Shown here piece after piece: positions 9,967 to 20,608 of a stretch of 64,000 bases of DNA. The stretch comes from Candidatus Latescibacterota bacterium (GTDB lineage: Bacteria > Latescibacterota > UBA2968 > UBA8231). The position numbers were made by a program, and so were the translations under genes. The stretch is taken from positions 2,528,001 to 2,592,000 of the forward strand of contig OZ253462.1 of assembly GCA_965261395.1 (NCBI GenBank), given 5' to 3'. A model generated the notes under the pieces. The model was not told the origin of the DNA. It did no database searches and saw nothing but the letters and a program-made list of their open reading frames with translations. Position 1 is the first letter of the stretch; every line of letters starts with the position of its first letter.

Positions 9967-12363
9967 CTATTCGCTCCTGAGGGTCTGAGTCGGGTTTGTC
10001 TGCACAGCTTTGCTAGTTTGCAAAACGACAGTAATTATAACGGTCAAGGCCAGAATCAGACTACCCAGCAAAAACGCCCACACATCGGAATCGATTCGAT
10101 ACGCAAAATACTGCAGCCAAGCTTGATTAGTCATATAAGCGACAGGCCAAGCAATCAGATTGGCTGCGACCAACCAGACCAGAACGGGTTTCATCAGCAA
10201 ATACACAAGACCAGGGGAAGAGGCCCCCAGCACTTTGCGAATGCCGATTTCCTTCATGCGCTGCTCAACCGAAAAAGAGGCTAGCCCCAACACACCGAGG
10301 CAAATGATCACAATAGACAGGGTGCTGAAAAAACCGATCAGACGGGAGATCCGCTCTTCTTCCCGGTAGAATTGATCGAAAACTTCGTCGAGAAAATAGT
10401 ATTGAAAGGGCTCGTTGGGCACGAACTCACGCGTCTTGGCTTCGAGAAACGCCAAGGCACCCGATATGTCTCTTGGGTCGATTCTGACCGTAAGATGTTT
10501 GATAACAAGCACGTTCTGCATATTCCACCATAAACCAATTACCAGCGGTTCAATAGAATGGTGCAAAGACTGGTAGTGAAAATCCTTGACTACACCGATA
10601 ACCTTGCTCGAAGCGGACTGACGCTGTGACCAAGTGCGTTCCAAGCGTTTACCGACCGGGTTTTTCCACCCCAAGAATTTTGCGGCCGATTCGTTAATGA
10701 TGAAGGCGTCATGTTCATCCGAGGGGAAGTCTGCTGAAAAATTGCGCCCGGCGATGAGCTCCAAACCCATAGTTTCCAGATAGGTATAACCGACATCAAT
10801 AGTATTCATACTTATCTCATCCTGTCCCTCCGGAGTAAACCAGCCCTTCATAGCCAAGACACCGGGTGATCCAAAAGTACCGGATATGTTCAAAATTCTC
10901 GGATCCTGCAAATACTCGGCAATGCTCGCTGGCTGTAAGGTCTTCGCGGGAATTACGACCACCTGTTCCCGATCAAACCCCAAATCCTGACTTCTCATAA
11001 ATGCCAATTGATTATGCAATGCAAGCGTGGTGATAAGGAGAACGATGGAGAGCACGAATTGGAAAATAACCAGCGTTTTTCTCAGCAAACCTACCGTGGT
11101 TCCACTTTGGGTGTGCCCCCCCAAGGTGTCCGAGGGGTTGAACTTGGCCAAGAAAAAGGCGGGATACAAACCAGATATCAGACTAATGCACGCGATAGCA
11201 GCCAAGAGCCAGAGGCCATAGTCTATCGCAATACGAAAAGCATCTATCTCTACATCCTGCCCAAGAAATCCGCTCAAATAAGGCCATGAACCCGTTACTA
11301 GCACCAGACTGATCAGAAACGCAAAGAGCGTCAAAAGAAGCGTTTCACCCAAGAACTGCTGAACCAGTTGTGATTGCACACCGCCCAGCGCTTTCCGCAG
11401 CCCCACTTCTTTCGCTCGTTGGGTAAACCGAAAGGTTGAAAAATTGACATAATTGATGCACACAATGAGCAAAATGACTAGTGCAATGCCCAGCAAAAGA
11501 TACAGGTACCGGACATCTCGGTTGGGACTTAGTTCATCCTTGAAATGGGAATGGAGGTGGATGTCTTGTAAAGGTTGTAGAAAAAGTTGCCTCCTCAGTT
11601 TTTCTAAGTGGTATTTGTGTCGTTCCAAAAACTCGGAAAATTTGTTCTCCAAAGCTTCCGGCGAGGCGTTTTCGGCCAGCCGAATGTAGGTGTAGTGCCA
11701 AGCATCATTTATGTTCCTGCGGAGTTTGAATTCCTTTATCGACGCGACAAAATCAAATTTGAAGTGTGTGTTAGACGGAAGATCCTGGACCACGCCCGTA
11801 ACTAGGTATTCGCGTGTACTATTCTGACCTATTCCGATGTGCAGGGTTTTACCCATAGGACTATCGCTCCCGAAGTACTTCGAGGCGGTCTGTTCCGTCA
11901 ACACAATGGAATAGGGGGCCTCCAGCACAGTTTGTGCATCGCCTTCCTTCAGGGGGAAGGAGAAAAAATCAAAAAATATCGGGTCTGCAAAATAAACCTG
12001 ATCCTCCAAGAAGTGTTTATCCTGATAGTGAACGGACATGACAGACTGACCGTGGTAGCCGCGACAGACGCGTACAATAGCTTCGATTTCTGGAAAATCA
12101 CTTTTCAATAAAGGGGCCATGGAGTGCCCAATCGAAGCACGACCATGTCGGGTGCCCGTCTGTTTTTCGATTATATCCTCTCTAACCCGATACAGACGCT
12201 CCGCGTTTTCGTGGAAGGCATCGTAGCTCATCTCATGTGCAATAAAGACAAACACGATAATAAAACAGGCAAAACCTATCGAGAGTCCCAACACACTGAT
12301 AGACGAGTGCATTTTGTATCGAAATAGGCTTCGCAGCACCAACGTCAAATAACTTCGCAGCAT
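9967..12363 (-). CDS. MacB/FtsX-family ABC transporter permease (visibly lower GC)
   Basis: Start MLRSYL with AAGGAG RBS; LQPLQDIHLHS, KEVGLRKALG, KEIGIRKVLGA, NPTQTLRSE. Confidence 0.93.
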   Translation of the reverse strand: MLRSYLTLVLRSLFRYKMHSSISVLGLSIGFACFIIVFVFIAHEMSYDAFHENAERLYRVREDIIEKQTGTRHGRASIGHSMAPLLKSDFPEIEAIVRVCRGYHGQSVMSVHYQDKHFLEDQVYFADPIFFDFFSFPLKEGDAQTVLEAPYSIVLTEQTASKYFGSDSPMGKTLHIGIGQNSTREYLVTGVVQDLPSNTHFKFDFVASIKEFKLRRNINDAWHYTYIRLAENASPEALENKFSEFLERHKYHLEKLRRQLFLQPLQDIHLHSHFKDELSPNRDVRYLYLLLGIALVILLIVCINYVNFSTFRFTQRAKEVGLRKALGGVQSQLVQQFLGETLLLTLFAFLISLVLVTGSWPYLSGFLGQDVEIDAFRIAIDYGLWLLAAIACISLISGLYPAFFLAKFNPSDTLGGHTQSGTTVGLLRKTLVIFQFVLSIVLLITTLALHNQLAFMRSQDLGFDREQVVVIPAKTLQPASIAEYLQDPRILNISGTFGSPGVLAMKGWFTPEGQDEISMNTIDVGYTYLETMGLELIAGRNFSADFPSDEHDAFIINESAAKFLGWKNPVGKRLERTWSQRQSASSKVIGVVKDFHYQSLHHSIEPLVIGLWWNMQNVLVIKHLTVRIDPRDISGALAFLEAKTREFVPNEPFQYYFLDEVFDQFYREEERISRLIGFFSTLSIVIICLGVLGLASFSVEQRMKEIGIRKVLGASSPGLVYLLMKPVLVWLVAANLIAWPVAYMTNQAWLQYFAYRIDSDVWAFLLGSLILALTVIITVVLQTSKAVQTNPTQTLRSE

Positions 12364-12543
12364 TTTCAGCTCCTTATAATATTCTCTTAGGTATGTTAGG
12401 GTTGGGTCGTTGAACAAAACTTTGCATGGTTGAACAATTTTCGTCGTCATGCCCGCGATTGTGAAGCGACGAGAATTTCAAGAACGCTTCTGAGCATGGT
12501 TAGTACCTTTCTTCCCGCTTTAAACGACTTGTAGGGAATCCCT

Positions 12544-15018
12544 CTACTCATATCGCAGCGCTTCTACGGGATTTGTCTTAGCGGCCTTGTATGCCTGATG
12601 ACCAGAACTGATCAAAACCGCGACGAGCGCAATCGCAGCGCCAGCGACAAAATGCCACGCCGACAGGTCGATGCGGAAGGCGAAGCCGTTCAGCCAGTCG
12701 CGCATCCACCACCAAGACAGAGGCCACGCTACGAGCGCACCAATCAGGGCGAGACAGGCAAACTCGCGGGTTATCAGCGTGGTGAGGCCGAAGACGCTGG
12801 CACCGAAAGCCTTGCGGATGCCGATCTCCTTGGTGCGGCGACCGGCGGCGAGAGCGGTGAGCGCAAAGGCACCAAGGGCGGAGATAAACACCGCGCCGAC
12901 CGCAGCCCACGTGATGAGCCGACGCCAGCGCAACTCGTCGCGGTAGGCCGCCTCCAGATCCTGCTGCAGGAAGGAGAAATCGAAGTCCGCGTAATCGACG
13001 ATGCTGCTCCACGTCTCTTCCATGTACTGAATGACCTCTTGCAAGTCTCCCGGCTTCACGCGCACAAACATGAGCTCCCCTTCGCCAGGTAAGCTGGGCT
13101 CGAGCGTCAGCAAGCCCGGCGGTCTCTCTTCGTAACCCGATTCAAAGGTGAAGTCCTTGACCACGCCGACGATGCGGAACGGGCCTCGGGACTTGAGTTG
13201 TCCCGAACCCGACATTCGCACGATCTCGATCATCTCACCAATGGGGTCGGTAAATCCCAAGCGCGAGGCTACGCTCTCGGCGATCACCACGACATCCCTC
13301 TTGTCCCCCTCGGCTTGCGAGAAGTCCCGGCCACTAATCACCTCCAAGCCCATAGTCTGAACGAAGTTGTGGTCTATTTCGTAAAGGCGGATCGCCGTCT
13401 CCCGACCACTCTGGGTCACGGCTCGGTAGTCCATTTTGAACACATAAGGATTTTGTAAGAAATCTTCATCTGATAGGGTGATCGAAGCGATGCGATGATG
13501 CTCCAGAAAGGGCCTCACAAGTCTGGCTTGATCGCGATTGTTGGCAGCGTCTGAGTGCACGGCGATGACGCGCTCCTCGTCGAGCCCCAAGTCGCGGGCC
13601 ATGACATACTCTAGCTGGTGATACATGATCAGCGTGCAAGTGATCAATCCCGCGGAAATGGCCAACTGCACACCCACGAGCACGCGGCTAAACCGAGTGA
13701 CCCCAGTCATAGACACACTGCGCCGAATCGCACTCAAAGGCTCCAAACGGGAGAGCACGAGCGCCGGATACCAACCAGCTCCCAAGCTGACCAGCAGCAG
13801 CAATACCCCCAATGCACCCAGCATACTCGGCTCGCTTAGACCAAGCGACAGCTCCTGCGAGAAGGTCGCGTTGAACACCGGCAGTAGCAGCGCCGCCAAG
13901 GCACACCCAGCACCCAACCCGACAACAGACAGCACCACCGCCTCGCCGATGAACTGACGCATCAACTGTCCTCGTCCAGCGCCCGCCGCCTTGCGCACAC
14001 CAACCTCCGCTGCCCGCAGCGAGGCCCGACCAATGGCCAGATTGACGAAGTTGATGCACCCCATAAACAGGACCGCCAAGGCGATACTGACGAGTACGTA
14101 CGAGACGTACGGATCTCTCGGCTCCATCACCCCATGCCCGACCCACTGCGTCAGGCCGGTATCCGAACGCAGGTCGGTTAGCGGTTGTAACCGATACGGA
14201 GAAAAATCCTCTGGGAGGTTTTTTGGAACTTTATCTCCCCAGAGTTGGAGCAGGATCTGCGTGAGTTGCGCGAAGGCCGGTGCCAAGTCAGTCGGATCTG
14301 CCCCAGGCTTGAGGAGGACGTAGGCATTGCACGTGCCTTCCCACGCATCCGGGGAATCGCGGAAGAGGAACTTCGTGTTGTCGAACGGCAGCAGCATGTT
14401 GAACTGAACTGACGACGTGCGCGGAATCGGCGCGGCCACGCCGGTGATAGTGAAGTCTTCGGTCCTACTCCTGCTCCACATCGAGGCGATCGTCAGGCTC
14501 TGCCCCAGCGGATCGGCGTCGCCGAACAGGCGTTGAGCCATCTCGTAGCTCAGCACGACGGAGTTGCGCTCGGCCAGCGCCGTGGCCGCGTCCCCTAGCA
14601 GAAGCGGGAAGTCAAAGACCTCGAAAAACACAGGATCGACGAGGAGGAATTCCTCGTCGGACGAACTGCCTTCAAAGGTCGTCCGCACAACGCGGTCTAC
14701 TTCTTCACCCCCTCTTGCCGCGCTGAGGCGTACCGTGCGCTCCACGTGGGGAGAGAGAGTCCCCAACTCGAGCGCAAAAGCAAAGTCAATCACGTCGGCC
14801 TCGCGCACCGACTTCTCCAGATCCATGACCTCGTAGTAAACGCGATGGATCCGGTCCGCTTTGCTGTGGAAGCGATCAAACGACCACTCCTGAGAGGCAA
14901 AGCGCCAAGCCAGCAGGCAAAACGCCATGCCCAAGCCCAACCCGGCGAGATTGATGATTGTGTGCAGACGGTGGCGCATCAGATTGCGCCAAGCGATGAT
15001 CAGGTTATTGCGTAGCAT
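12544..15018 (-). CDS. MacB/FtsX-family ABC transporter permease
   Basis: 824 aa; EVGVRKAAGA, KEIGIRKAFGA, NPVEALRYE. Confidence 0.93.
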   Translation of the reverse strand: MLRNNLIIAWRNLMRHRLHTIINLAGLGLGMAFCLLAWRFASQEWSFDRFHSKADRIHRVYYEVMDLEKSVREADVIDFAFALELGTLSPHVERTVRLSAARGGEEVDRVVRTTFEGSSSDEEFLLVDPVFFEVFDFPLLLGDAATALAERNSVVLSYEMAQRLFGDADPLGQSLTIASMWSRSRTEDFTITGVAAPIPRTSSVQFNMLLPFDNTKFLFRDSPDAWEGTCNAYVLLKPGADPTDLAPAFAQLTQILLQLWGDKVPKNLPEDFSPYRLQPLTDLRSDTGLTQWVGHGVMEPRDPYVSYVLVSIALAVLFMGCINFVNLAIGRASLRAAEVGVRKAAGAGRGQLMRQFIGEAVVLSVVGLGAGCALAALLLPVFNATFSQELSLGLSEPSMLGALGVLLLLVSLGAGWYPALVLSRLEPLSAIRRSVSMTGVTRFSRVLVGVQLAISAGLITCTLIMYHQLEYVMARDLGLDEERVIAVHSDAANNRDQARLVRPFLEHHRIASITLSDEDFLQNPYVFKMDYRAVTQSGRETAIRLYEIDHNFVQTMGLEVISGRDFSQAEGDKRDVVVIAESVASRLGFTDPIGEMIEIVRMSGSGQLKSRGPFRIVGVVKDFTFESGYEERPPGLLTLEPSLPGEGELMFVRVKPGDLQEVIQYMEETWSSIVDYADFDFSFLQQDLEAAYRDELRWRRLITWAAVGAVFISALGAFALTALAAGRRTKEIGIRKAFGASVFGLTTLITREFACLALIGALVAWPLSWWWMRDWLNGFAFRIDLSAWHFVAGAAIALVAVLISSGHQAYKAAKTNPVEALRYE

Positions 15019-15056
15019 GGTTAGTACCTTCCCTCTTGGTTAGTACTTTCCCTCTT
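15019..15056. repeat. 19-bp tandem direct repeat spanning ATPase stop and permease RBS
   Basis: GGTTAGTACCTTCCCTCTT followed by GGTTAGTACTTTCCCTCTT (one mismatch). AGCATGGTTAGTACCTT (15014-15030) also recurs at 12493-12509. Confidence 0.85.
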
Positions 15057-15714
15057 GCTCTATCTTGCCGTCCAACAGATGCACCACCCGGCTACCGTAG
15101 CCAGCGTTTTTCTCCGAGTGCGTCACCTGCACAATCGTCGTGCCCTCGCCGTTCAGCTCCCGCAGCATGTCCATCACCTCTTCTCCCTGCTTGGAGTTGA
15201 GGTTGCCCGTAGGCTCGTCGGCGAGAATCAGCGTCGGCTGGCCGATCAGGGCGCGCGCCACGCCGACGCGCTGCTGCTCGCCGCCGGAAAGCTGGTGCGG
15301 GAACAGGTCCTTTTTGGCCACCATCTGGAAGCGGTCGAGCAACTCGCTCACCCACGCCTTGCGCTCGGAGCCTTTCACTTTTTGGTAGAGCAGCGGCATC
15401 TCCAGATTCTCGTACACTGTCTGCTCGTCGATCAGGTGATAGGCTTGAAACACAAAACCAATGTGCCCCCGATGGATCTCGGTGCGTTCCTTCTCCCCCA
15501 TTCCGCCCACCTCTTCGCCGAGAAAGTGATACGACCCAGCCGTCGGCTCATCGAGCATCCCCATGATGTGCAAAAGCGTCGATTTGCCAGCGCCGCTCGG
15601 CCCCATAATCGACACGAACTCGCCCTCGGCGACGTTCAGGTTTACGTAGCGCAGCACGTAGGTCTTGCGAGGACCGGATTGGTGGTACTTTTCGATGTCA
15701 TGCATTTCGATCAT
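15040..15714 (-). CDS. ABC transporter ATP-binding protein (LolD/MacB type)
   Basis: [29 protein letters not shown]. Confidence 0.95.
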   Translation of the reverse strand: MIEMHDIEKYHQSGPRKTYVLRYVNLNVAEGEFVSIMGPSGAGKSTLLHIMGMLDEPTAGSYHFLGEEVGGMGEKERTEIHRGHIGFVFQAYHLIDEQTVYENLEMPLLYQKVKGSERKAWVSELLDRFQMVAKKDLFPHQLSGGEQQRVGVARALIGQPTLILADEPTGNLNSKQGEEVMDMLRELNGEGTTIVQVTHSEKNAGYGSRVVHLLDGKIEQEGKY

Positions 15715-15734
15715 GATGTGCCTCCACGTCTTGG

Positions 15735-18113
15735 TTATTCAGTGCGCAGCGTTTCTATCGGATTGGTCAGGGCCGCTCGCATCGCTTGGTGACCCACCGT
15801 CAGCCCGGCGATGACAAAGGACAAGGCACCCGACAGCAGGAACAGGCCCACGCCGATTTCCACGCGATAGACAAACCCTTGTAGCCAGTGGGTGGCCAAG
15901 CCGTAGGCGATCGGCACGCTGAGGAGGAAGGCGATGGCAACGGGTTTGGCGAAGTCCCGCATCAGCATAGCGGTGAGGCCGCTTGGAGAGGCACCGAACA
16001 CCTTGCGGATGCCGATCTCTTTCGTGCGCTCATTGGCGGCGTACGCCGCCATGCCGAAGAGTCCCACCGAGGCGACGGCGATGGCTAAAAAGAGAAAGAC
16101 CGTGAGCGCGCGGCCCATCAGCAGTTCCTTGGAGTAGAGTCGGGCAAAGACCTCTTTGAGGGAGTCGCGCTGGATGGGGCGGTAGGGCGCGGCGGCGGCC
16201 CACTTGTCGTCAATCACTTTGAGGGCCGCGTCGAGATGCCCGGGTTGCACCCGCACGATAATGACGCTTGCCCAGTCATCGACCTGCGCCATGAGGAATG
16301 GCTCTATCTTGCTGTGTGGTCCGTCGAAGTGGAAGTCCTCAACCACGCCCACGACACGCCACTCTTTATGGACTTTGATTGTCTTGCCCAGCGGCTCTGC
16401 CCACCCCATCCTCTTCGCGGCGGTCTCGTTGATGACAATCGCTCGGGCGTCGGCCGGTTCGTCGGTCAGGGCGCGTCCTTGGGCCATGCGCAATCCCATG
16501 GTTTCGACGAAGCCGCCATCTACTCCATACATACGCATATATATGTGCTCTTCCACTCCCTCCGCCTCGATGCCGTAATTTGTCTGCGGGCCGCCAAATA
16601 TTGTCGAAGAGAGGCTCACTGCGGCGATCCGGCTGTCCTGAAGAAGCTCTGTCTTAAAGGCTCGAGCCTGATCCACGGTCAGACCGCGGTTCTCGACGAC
16701 GACAACCTGTTCCGGATCGAATTCCAGAGCGGAGCCCTCGCGGCGGAGGCTTTGGATGTAATCAATCTGGTGCCACATCAGGAGTGTCATCGTCAGCAAC
16801 GCCGCCGTGACCGTGAACTGCGCCACCACCAAGCCTTGGCGCAGATGCGCCCCGCCCACGCGACCTCCGCGCACGGCGGCCGTCGGCTGAAAGCGCGCCA
16901 CGACCCAAGCCGGGTACGCGCCCGCGATCAGTCCGACCCCCACCGCCAAGGCCGCGGCCCCAGCGTAGGTGGAGATCGTCCAGTGCAACTGAGGCAACGC
17001 GAAATCGGATCCCGTAATGACGGGCAGGAGCAGAATCAAAACCTCTGTTAAGGCAACGCCCAGCACCGTCGCCGCAGTGCTCAACAGCACCGACTCGCTG
17101 AGGAGTTGGCGAATGAGCTGACCGCGATGAGCGCCGAGGGCTTTGCGCACGCCGATCTCGTGCATCCGCCGCCCCGCCCGCGCCGTCGCCAAGTTCACGT
17201 AGTTGACGACGGCGATCGTCAGGACTACTGCCGCCAAGATGGCGGACAGTGCCAGGTACACGGGGTTGCCCTTCGGGCCGATGTTGTTGGACGCCTCCGT
17301 GTCGAAATAGATCGCTTTCAGGGATTGCAGTGCGTAGGAGTCGGCCGCTTTGGGCCTCCCGCTGATCGTCTCGGCGATTCTGGGGATGCGCGCAGCTACC
17401 GCAGCTACGTCGGCACCGGGCGTTAGCTGCACGAAGGTCGTGAAGCCCCTATTAGTCCCTCTCCCCATAAGTTCCCGGCTCTCTTCGTACATCGTGGCGA
17501 AGGAGACTAGTGCCGAGAACTGGAGCAATGAACTGGAGGGCGGTTGGCCAACGATACCGGTAATCTCGCAATCGAAGTCTTCGTTGTAGCGGACGACCTG
17601 TCCGATGGGATCGCTCTCGCCAAAGAGCCGACGGGCCAACGGCTCGGTCAGCACCATAGTGTAGGGGCGCGCCAAGGCCGCCTTCGGGTCGCCGCGCAAG
17701 AGCGACAAGCTGAACACATCTAAGACACCAGCTTCCACCCAAATAACCTCTTCATCTATTCCGTCTTTAGCCCCGACCCGAAGCAGATTCCGCCTACCCC
17801 CCGTAAAGCGGACTGCCTCCTCGACCTCGGGCAATTGCTCTTTAAGGGTCGGCCCCAGCGCCACCATTACTCCGGCCGTGTAGTACTCTGGGTTCGGGGC
17901 ATCCCAGCCGGGGGGGAACTGGTCGCGGACCAGCACGCGGTAAACCCGGTCCTTTTTTTCGTGAAAGTCGCCAACAGAGAGCTGATAGGCGGCGAACTGG
18001 ACGATCAGTAAGCACAAGGCAAAGCCAATGGCCAAACCGAAGATGTTGATCGCCGCGTAGCCGCGCTCCCTCCACAAGAGGCGCAGCGCCGTCGTCAGAT
18101 AATTGCCCAGCAT
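15735..18113 (-). CDS. MacB/FtsX-family ABC transporter permease (close paralogue of 18190..20583)
   Basis: 792 aa; same N-terminus MLGNYLTTALRLLWRERGYAAINIFG and same end AALTNPIETLRTE as its neighbour. Confidence 0.93.
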   Translation of the reverse strand: MLGNYLTTALRLLWRERGYAAINIFGLAIGFALCLLIVQFAAYQLSVGDFHEKKDRVYRVLVRDQFPPGWDAPNPEYYTAGVMVALGPTLKEQLPEVEEAVRFTGGRRNLLRVGAKDGIDEEVIWVEAGVLDVFSLSLLRGDPKAALARPYTMVLTEPLARRLFGESDPIGQVVRYNEDFDCEITGIVGQPPSSSLLQFSALVSFATMYEESRELMGRGTNRGFTTFVQLTPGADVAAVAARIPRIAETISGRPKAADSYALQSLKAIYFDTEASNNIGPKGNPVYLALSAILAAVVLTIAVVNYVNLATARAGRRMHEIGVRKALGAHRGQLIRQLLSESVLLSTAATVLGVALTEVLILLLPVITGSDFALPQLHWTISTYAGAAALAVGVGLIAGAYPAWVVARFQPTAAVRGGRVGGAHLRQGLVVAQFTVTAALLTMTLLMWHQIDYIQSLRREGSALEFDPEQVVVVENRGLTVDQARAFKTELLQDSRIAAVSLSSTIFGGPQTNYGIEAEGVEEHIYMRMYGVDGGFVETMGLRMAQGRALTDEPADARAIVINETAAKRMGWAEPLGKTIKVHKEWRVVGVVEDFHFDGPHSKIEPFLMAQVDDWASVIIVRVQPGHLDAALKVIDDKWAAAAPYRPIQRDSLKEVFARLYSKELLMGRALTVFLFLAIAVASVGLFGMAAYAANERTKEIGIRKVFGASPSGLTAMLMRDFAKPVAIAFLLSVPIAYGLATHWLQGFVYRVEIGVGLFLLSGALSFVIAGLTVGHQAMRAALTNPIETLRTE

Positions 18114-18189
18114 AATAGTTCCTTTCGCGTCGTAGGAAGGATCTTCTCAATCTCGTGCATCTCGATTGTGATGCGCTTCCGCGTCTTGG

Positions 18190-20583
18190 TTATTCAGTGC
18201 GCAGCGTTTCTATCGGATTAGTCAGGGCCGCTCGCATCGCTTGGTGGCCCACCGTCAACCCAGCGATGGCAAAGGACAAAGCGCCCGACACCAAGAACAG
18301 ACCCACGCCGACTTCCACGTGATAGGCAAAGTCTTGCAGCCATTGGTTAGCCAACCAGTAGGCAATCGGTACGCTGAGGAGGAAGGCGATGGCAACGGGT
18401 TTTGCAAAGTCGCGCAGCAGCATGGCAGTGAGGCCACTGGGGGAAGCACCGAACACCTTGCGGATGCCGATCTCCTTCGTGCGCTCTTGGGCGGCGTGTG
18501 CCGCCATGCCGAAAAGTCCTATCGAGGCGACGACGAGCGATAAAACGAGGAAGACCGTGAGTGCGCGTCCCATCAACAGCTCCTGGAAATAAAGCCCGGC
18601 GAAGACCTCTTCGAGGGGTTGGCGCTGGATGGAGCGGTAGGGCTCAACGGCAGTCCACTTGGCGTCGATCATTTTGAGGGCTGCGTCGAGATGCCCGGTT
18701 TGCACCCGCACGATAATGACGCTCGCCCAGTTATCGACCGGTGCTATGAGCAGTGGCTCTACCTTCCGGTGCGGACCGTCGAAGTGGAAGTCCTCAATCA
18801 CGCCCACGACGCGCTGGTCCTTGCCCTGGAAATTGATCCTCTTGTCCAGCGGCTCGGTCCACCCTAACATCCGCGCGGCGGCCTCGTTGATGACAATTTC
18901 GCCGGTCGCTTCGTCGGTCAGGTCTCGTCCTTGGCTCATGCGCAATCCCATGATTTCGACAAAGTCGCCATCCACGCCATAAGTTCTCATCATTACTTTA
19001 TCTTCCACTCCCTCCGGCTTGGCACTGTACATCGCCTGCGAACCTTCACCAGGTACTGTCGCAGAGAGACTCACCGCGGCGATGCGGCTGTCTTGAAGAA
19101 GCTCCGTCTTGAAGGTTCGGGCACGATCCATGGTCAGACCGCGGTTGTGGACGACGACAACTTGTTCCGGCTCGAACCCCAAGGCAGAGTTCTCGCGGAG
19201 GAGGTTCTGGATGTAATCGACCTGGTGCCATATCAGCAGCGTCATGGTCATCAACGCCGCCGTGACCGTGAACTGCGCCACTACTAAGCCCTGGCGCAAG
19301 CGCGTACCGCCCACGCGGCCCCCGCTCACCGCGGTCGCCGGCTGAAAGCGCGCCACCACCCATGCCGGGTACGCACCCGCGGCCAATCCGACCCCCACCG
19401 CCAGTGCCGCAGCCCCGGCGCAGGCCGGGAGGGTCCAGCGCAGGAAGGACAATTCGAAATCGAATCCCGTAATCGCGGGTATTAGCAGAATCACAACCTC
19501 CGCCACGGCAACGCCCAATACTGTCGCCGCAGTGCTCAGCAGCACCGACTCGCTCAAGAGCTGGCCAATGAGCTGGCTGCGATGAGCGCCGAGGGTCTTG
19601 CGCACGCCGATCTCGTGGGTTCGACGCCCGGCCCGCGCCGTCGCCAAGTTCACGTAGTTGACGCCGGCGATCGTCAGAATTACCGCTGCTAAGATGGCGC
19701 ACAGCGTCAAGTAGAGGGGATTGCCACTCGGGCCGATGTTGCTGGACACCTCGGTGTCGAAGTAGATCGATTGCAGGGGTTGCAACGCGTAGGAACCGAC
19801 AGCCTCCGACGACCCTGTGATCGCCTCGGCCCTAGCCGCATCCGACCTCCCCGTGATCGTCTCGACCATGCCGGGAATGCGCGCAGCTACCATAGCCGGG
19901 TCGGCACCGGGCGTTAGCTGCACGAAGGTCGTGAAGGCCCTAGCACCCTTCGACTCCATCATTCCCCGGTTCTCCTTGTACTCCGTGGCAAAGGAGAGCA
20001 GCGCTGAGAACTGGATCAACGAGCTGGCGGGCGGCTGGCCGACGATGCCGGTGACCTCGCAATCGAACTTCTCAGCGTAGCGGACGACCTGTCCGATGGG
20101 ATCGCTCTCGCCAAAGAGCCGACGGGCCAGCGGCTCGGTCAGCACCATGGTGTAGGGGCGCGTCAGGGCCGTCTTCGGGTCGCCGCGCAGGAGCGGCAAG
20201 CTGAACACGTCGAAAACGCCGGCTTCCGCGGTCAGCACTTTCTCGGAGATCCCGTCCTTGGCCCCGACCCGGAGCAGCCTCGTCCCACCTCCGCTGAAGC
20301 GGACCGCCTCCTCGACTTCGGGAAGTTGCTCCGCAAGGGTCGGCCCCAGCGGTATTGGCAAACCTCCCGAGTACTGGGCCCCACCCCAGAAGGCGGGCCC
20401 CAGCACGCGATAGACCCGGTCTTTTTTCTTGTGGAAATCGCCCATCGCGAGCTGATAGGCGGAGAATTGGACGATCAGCAGACACAGAGCAAAGCCAATG
20501 GCCAAGCCGAAGATGTTGATCGCCGCGTAGCCGCGCTCCCGCCACAGCAGGCGCAGCGCCGTCGTCAGATAGTTGCCCAGCAT
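18190..20583 (-). CDS. MacB/FtsX-family ABC transporter permease
   Basis: 797 aa; HEIGVRKTLGA and KEIGIRKVFGA motifs. Confidence 0.93.
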   Translation of the reverse strand: MLGNYLTTALRLLWRERGYAAINIFGLAIGFALCLLIVQFSAYQLAMGDFHKKKDRVYRVLGPAFWGGAQYSGGLPIPLGPTLAEQLPEVEEAVRFSGGGTRLLRVGAKDGISEKVLTAEAGVFDVFSLPLLRGDPKTALTRPYTMVLTEPLARRLFGESDPIGQVVRYAEKFDCEVTGIVGQPPASSLIQFSALLSFATEYKENRGMMESKGARAFTTFVQLTPGADPAMVAARIPGMVETITGRSDAARAEAITGSSEAVGSYALQPLQSIYFDTEVSSNIGPSGNPLYLTLCAILAAVILTIAGVNYVNLATARAGRRTHEIGVRKTLGAHRSQLIGQLLSESVLLSTAATVLGVAVAEVVILLIPAITGFDFELSFLRWTLPACAGAAALAVGVGLAAGAYPAWVVARFQPATAVSGGRVGGTRLRQGLVVAQFTVTAALMTMTLLIWHQVDYIQNLLRENSALGFEPEQVVVVHNRGLTMDRARTFKTELLQDSRIAAVSLSATVPGEGSQAMYSAKPEGVEDKVMMRTYGVDGDFVEIMGLRMSQGRDLTDEATGEIVINEAAARMLGWTEPLDKRINFQGKDQRVVGVIEDFHFDGPHRKVEPLLIAPVDNWASVIIVRVQTGHLDAALKMIDAKWTAVEPYRSIQRQPLEEVFAGLYFQELLMGRALTVFLVLSLVVASIGLFGMAAHAAQERTKEIGIRKVFGASPSGLTAMLLRDFAKPVAIAFLLSVPIAYWLANQWLQDFAYHVEVGVGLFLVSGALSFAIAGLTVGHQAMRAALTNPIETLRTE

Positions 20584-20608
20584 GATGGTTCCTTTCGTCT
20601 CGTAGTGC

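Noticed and set aside
6321-20608. Integron cassette array, shufflon or DGR explaining the permease array
   Set aside because: No integrase, recombinase or RT, no attC-like sites, and no TR/VR pair with A-specific changes seen. The scars fit ordinary duplication and deletion.
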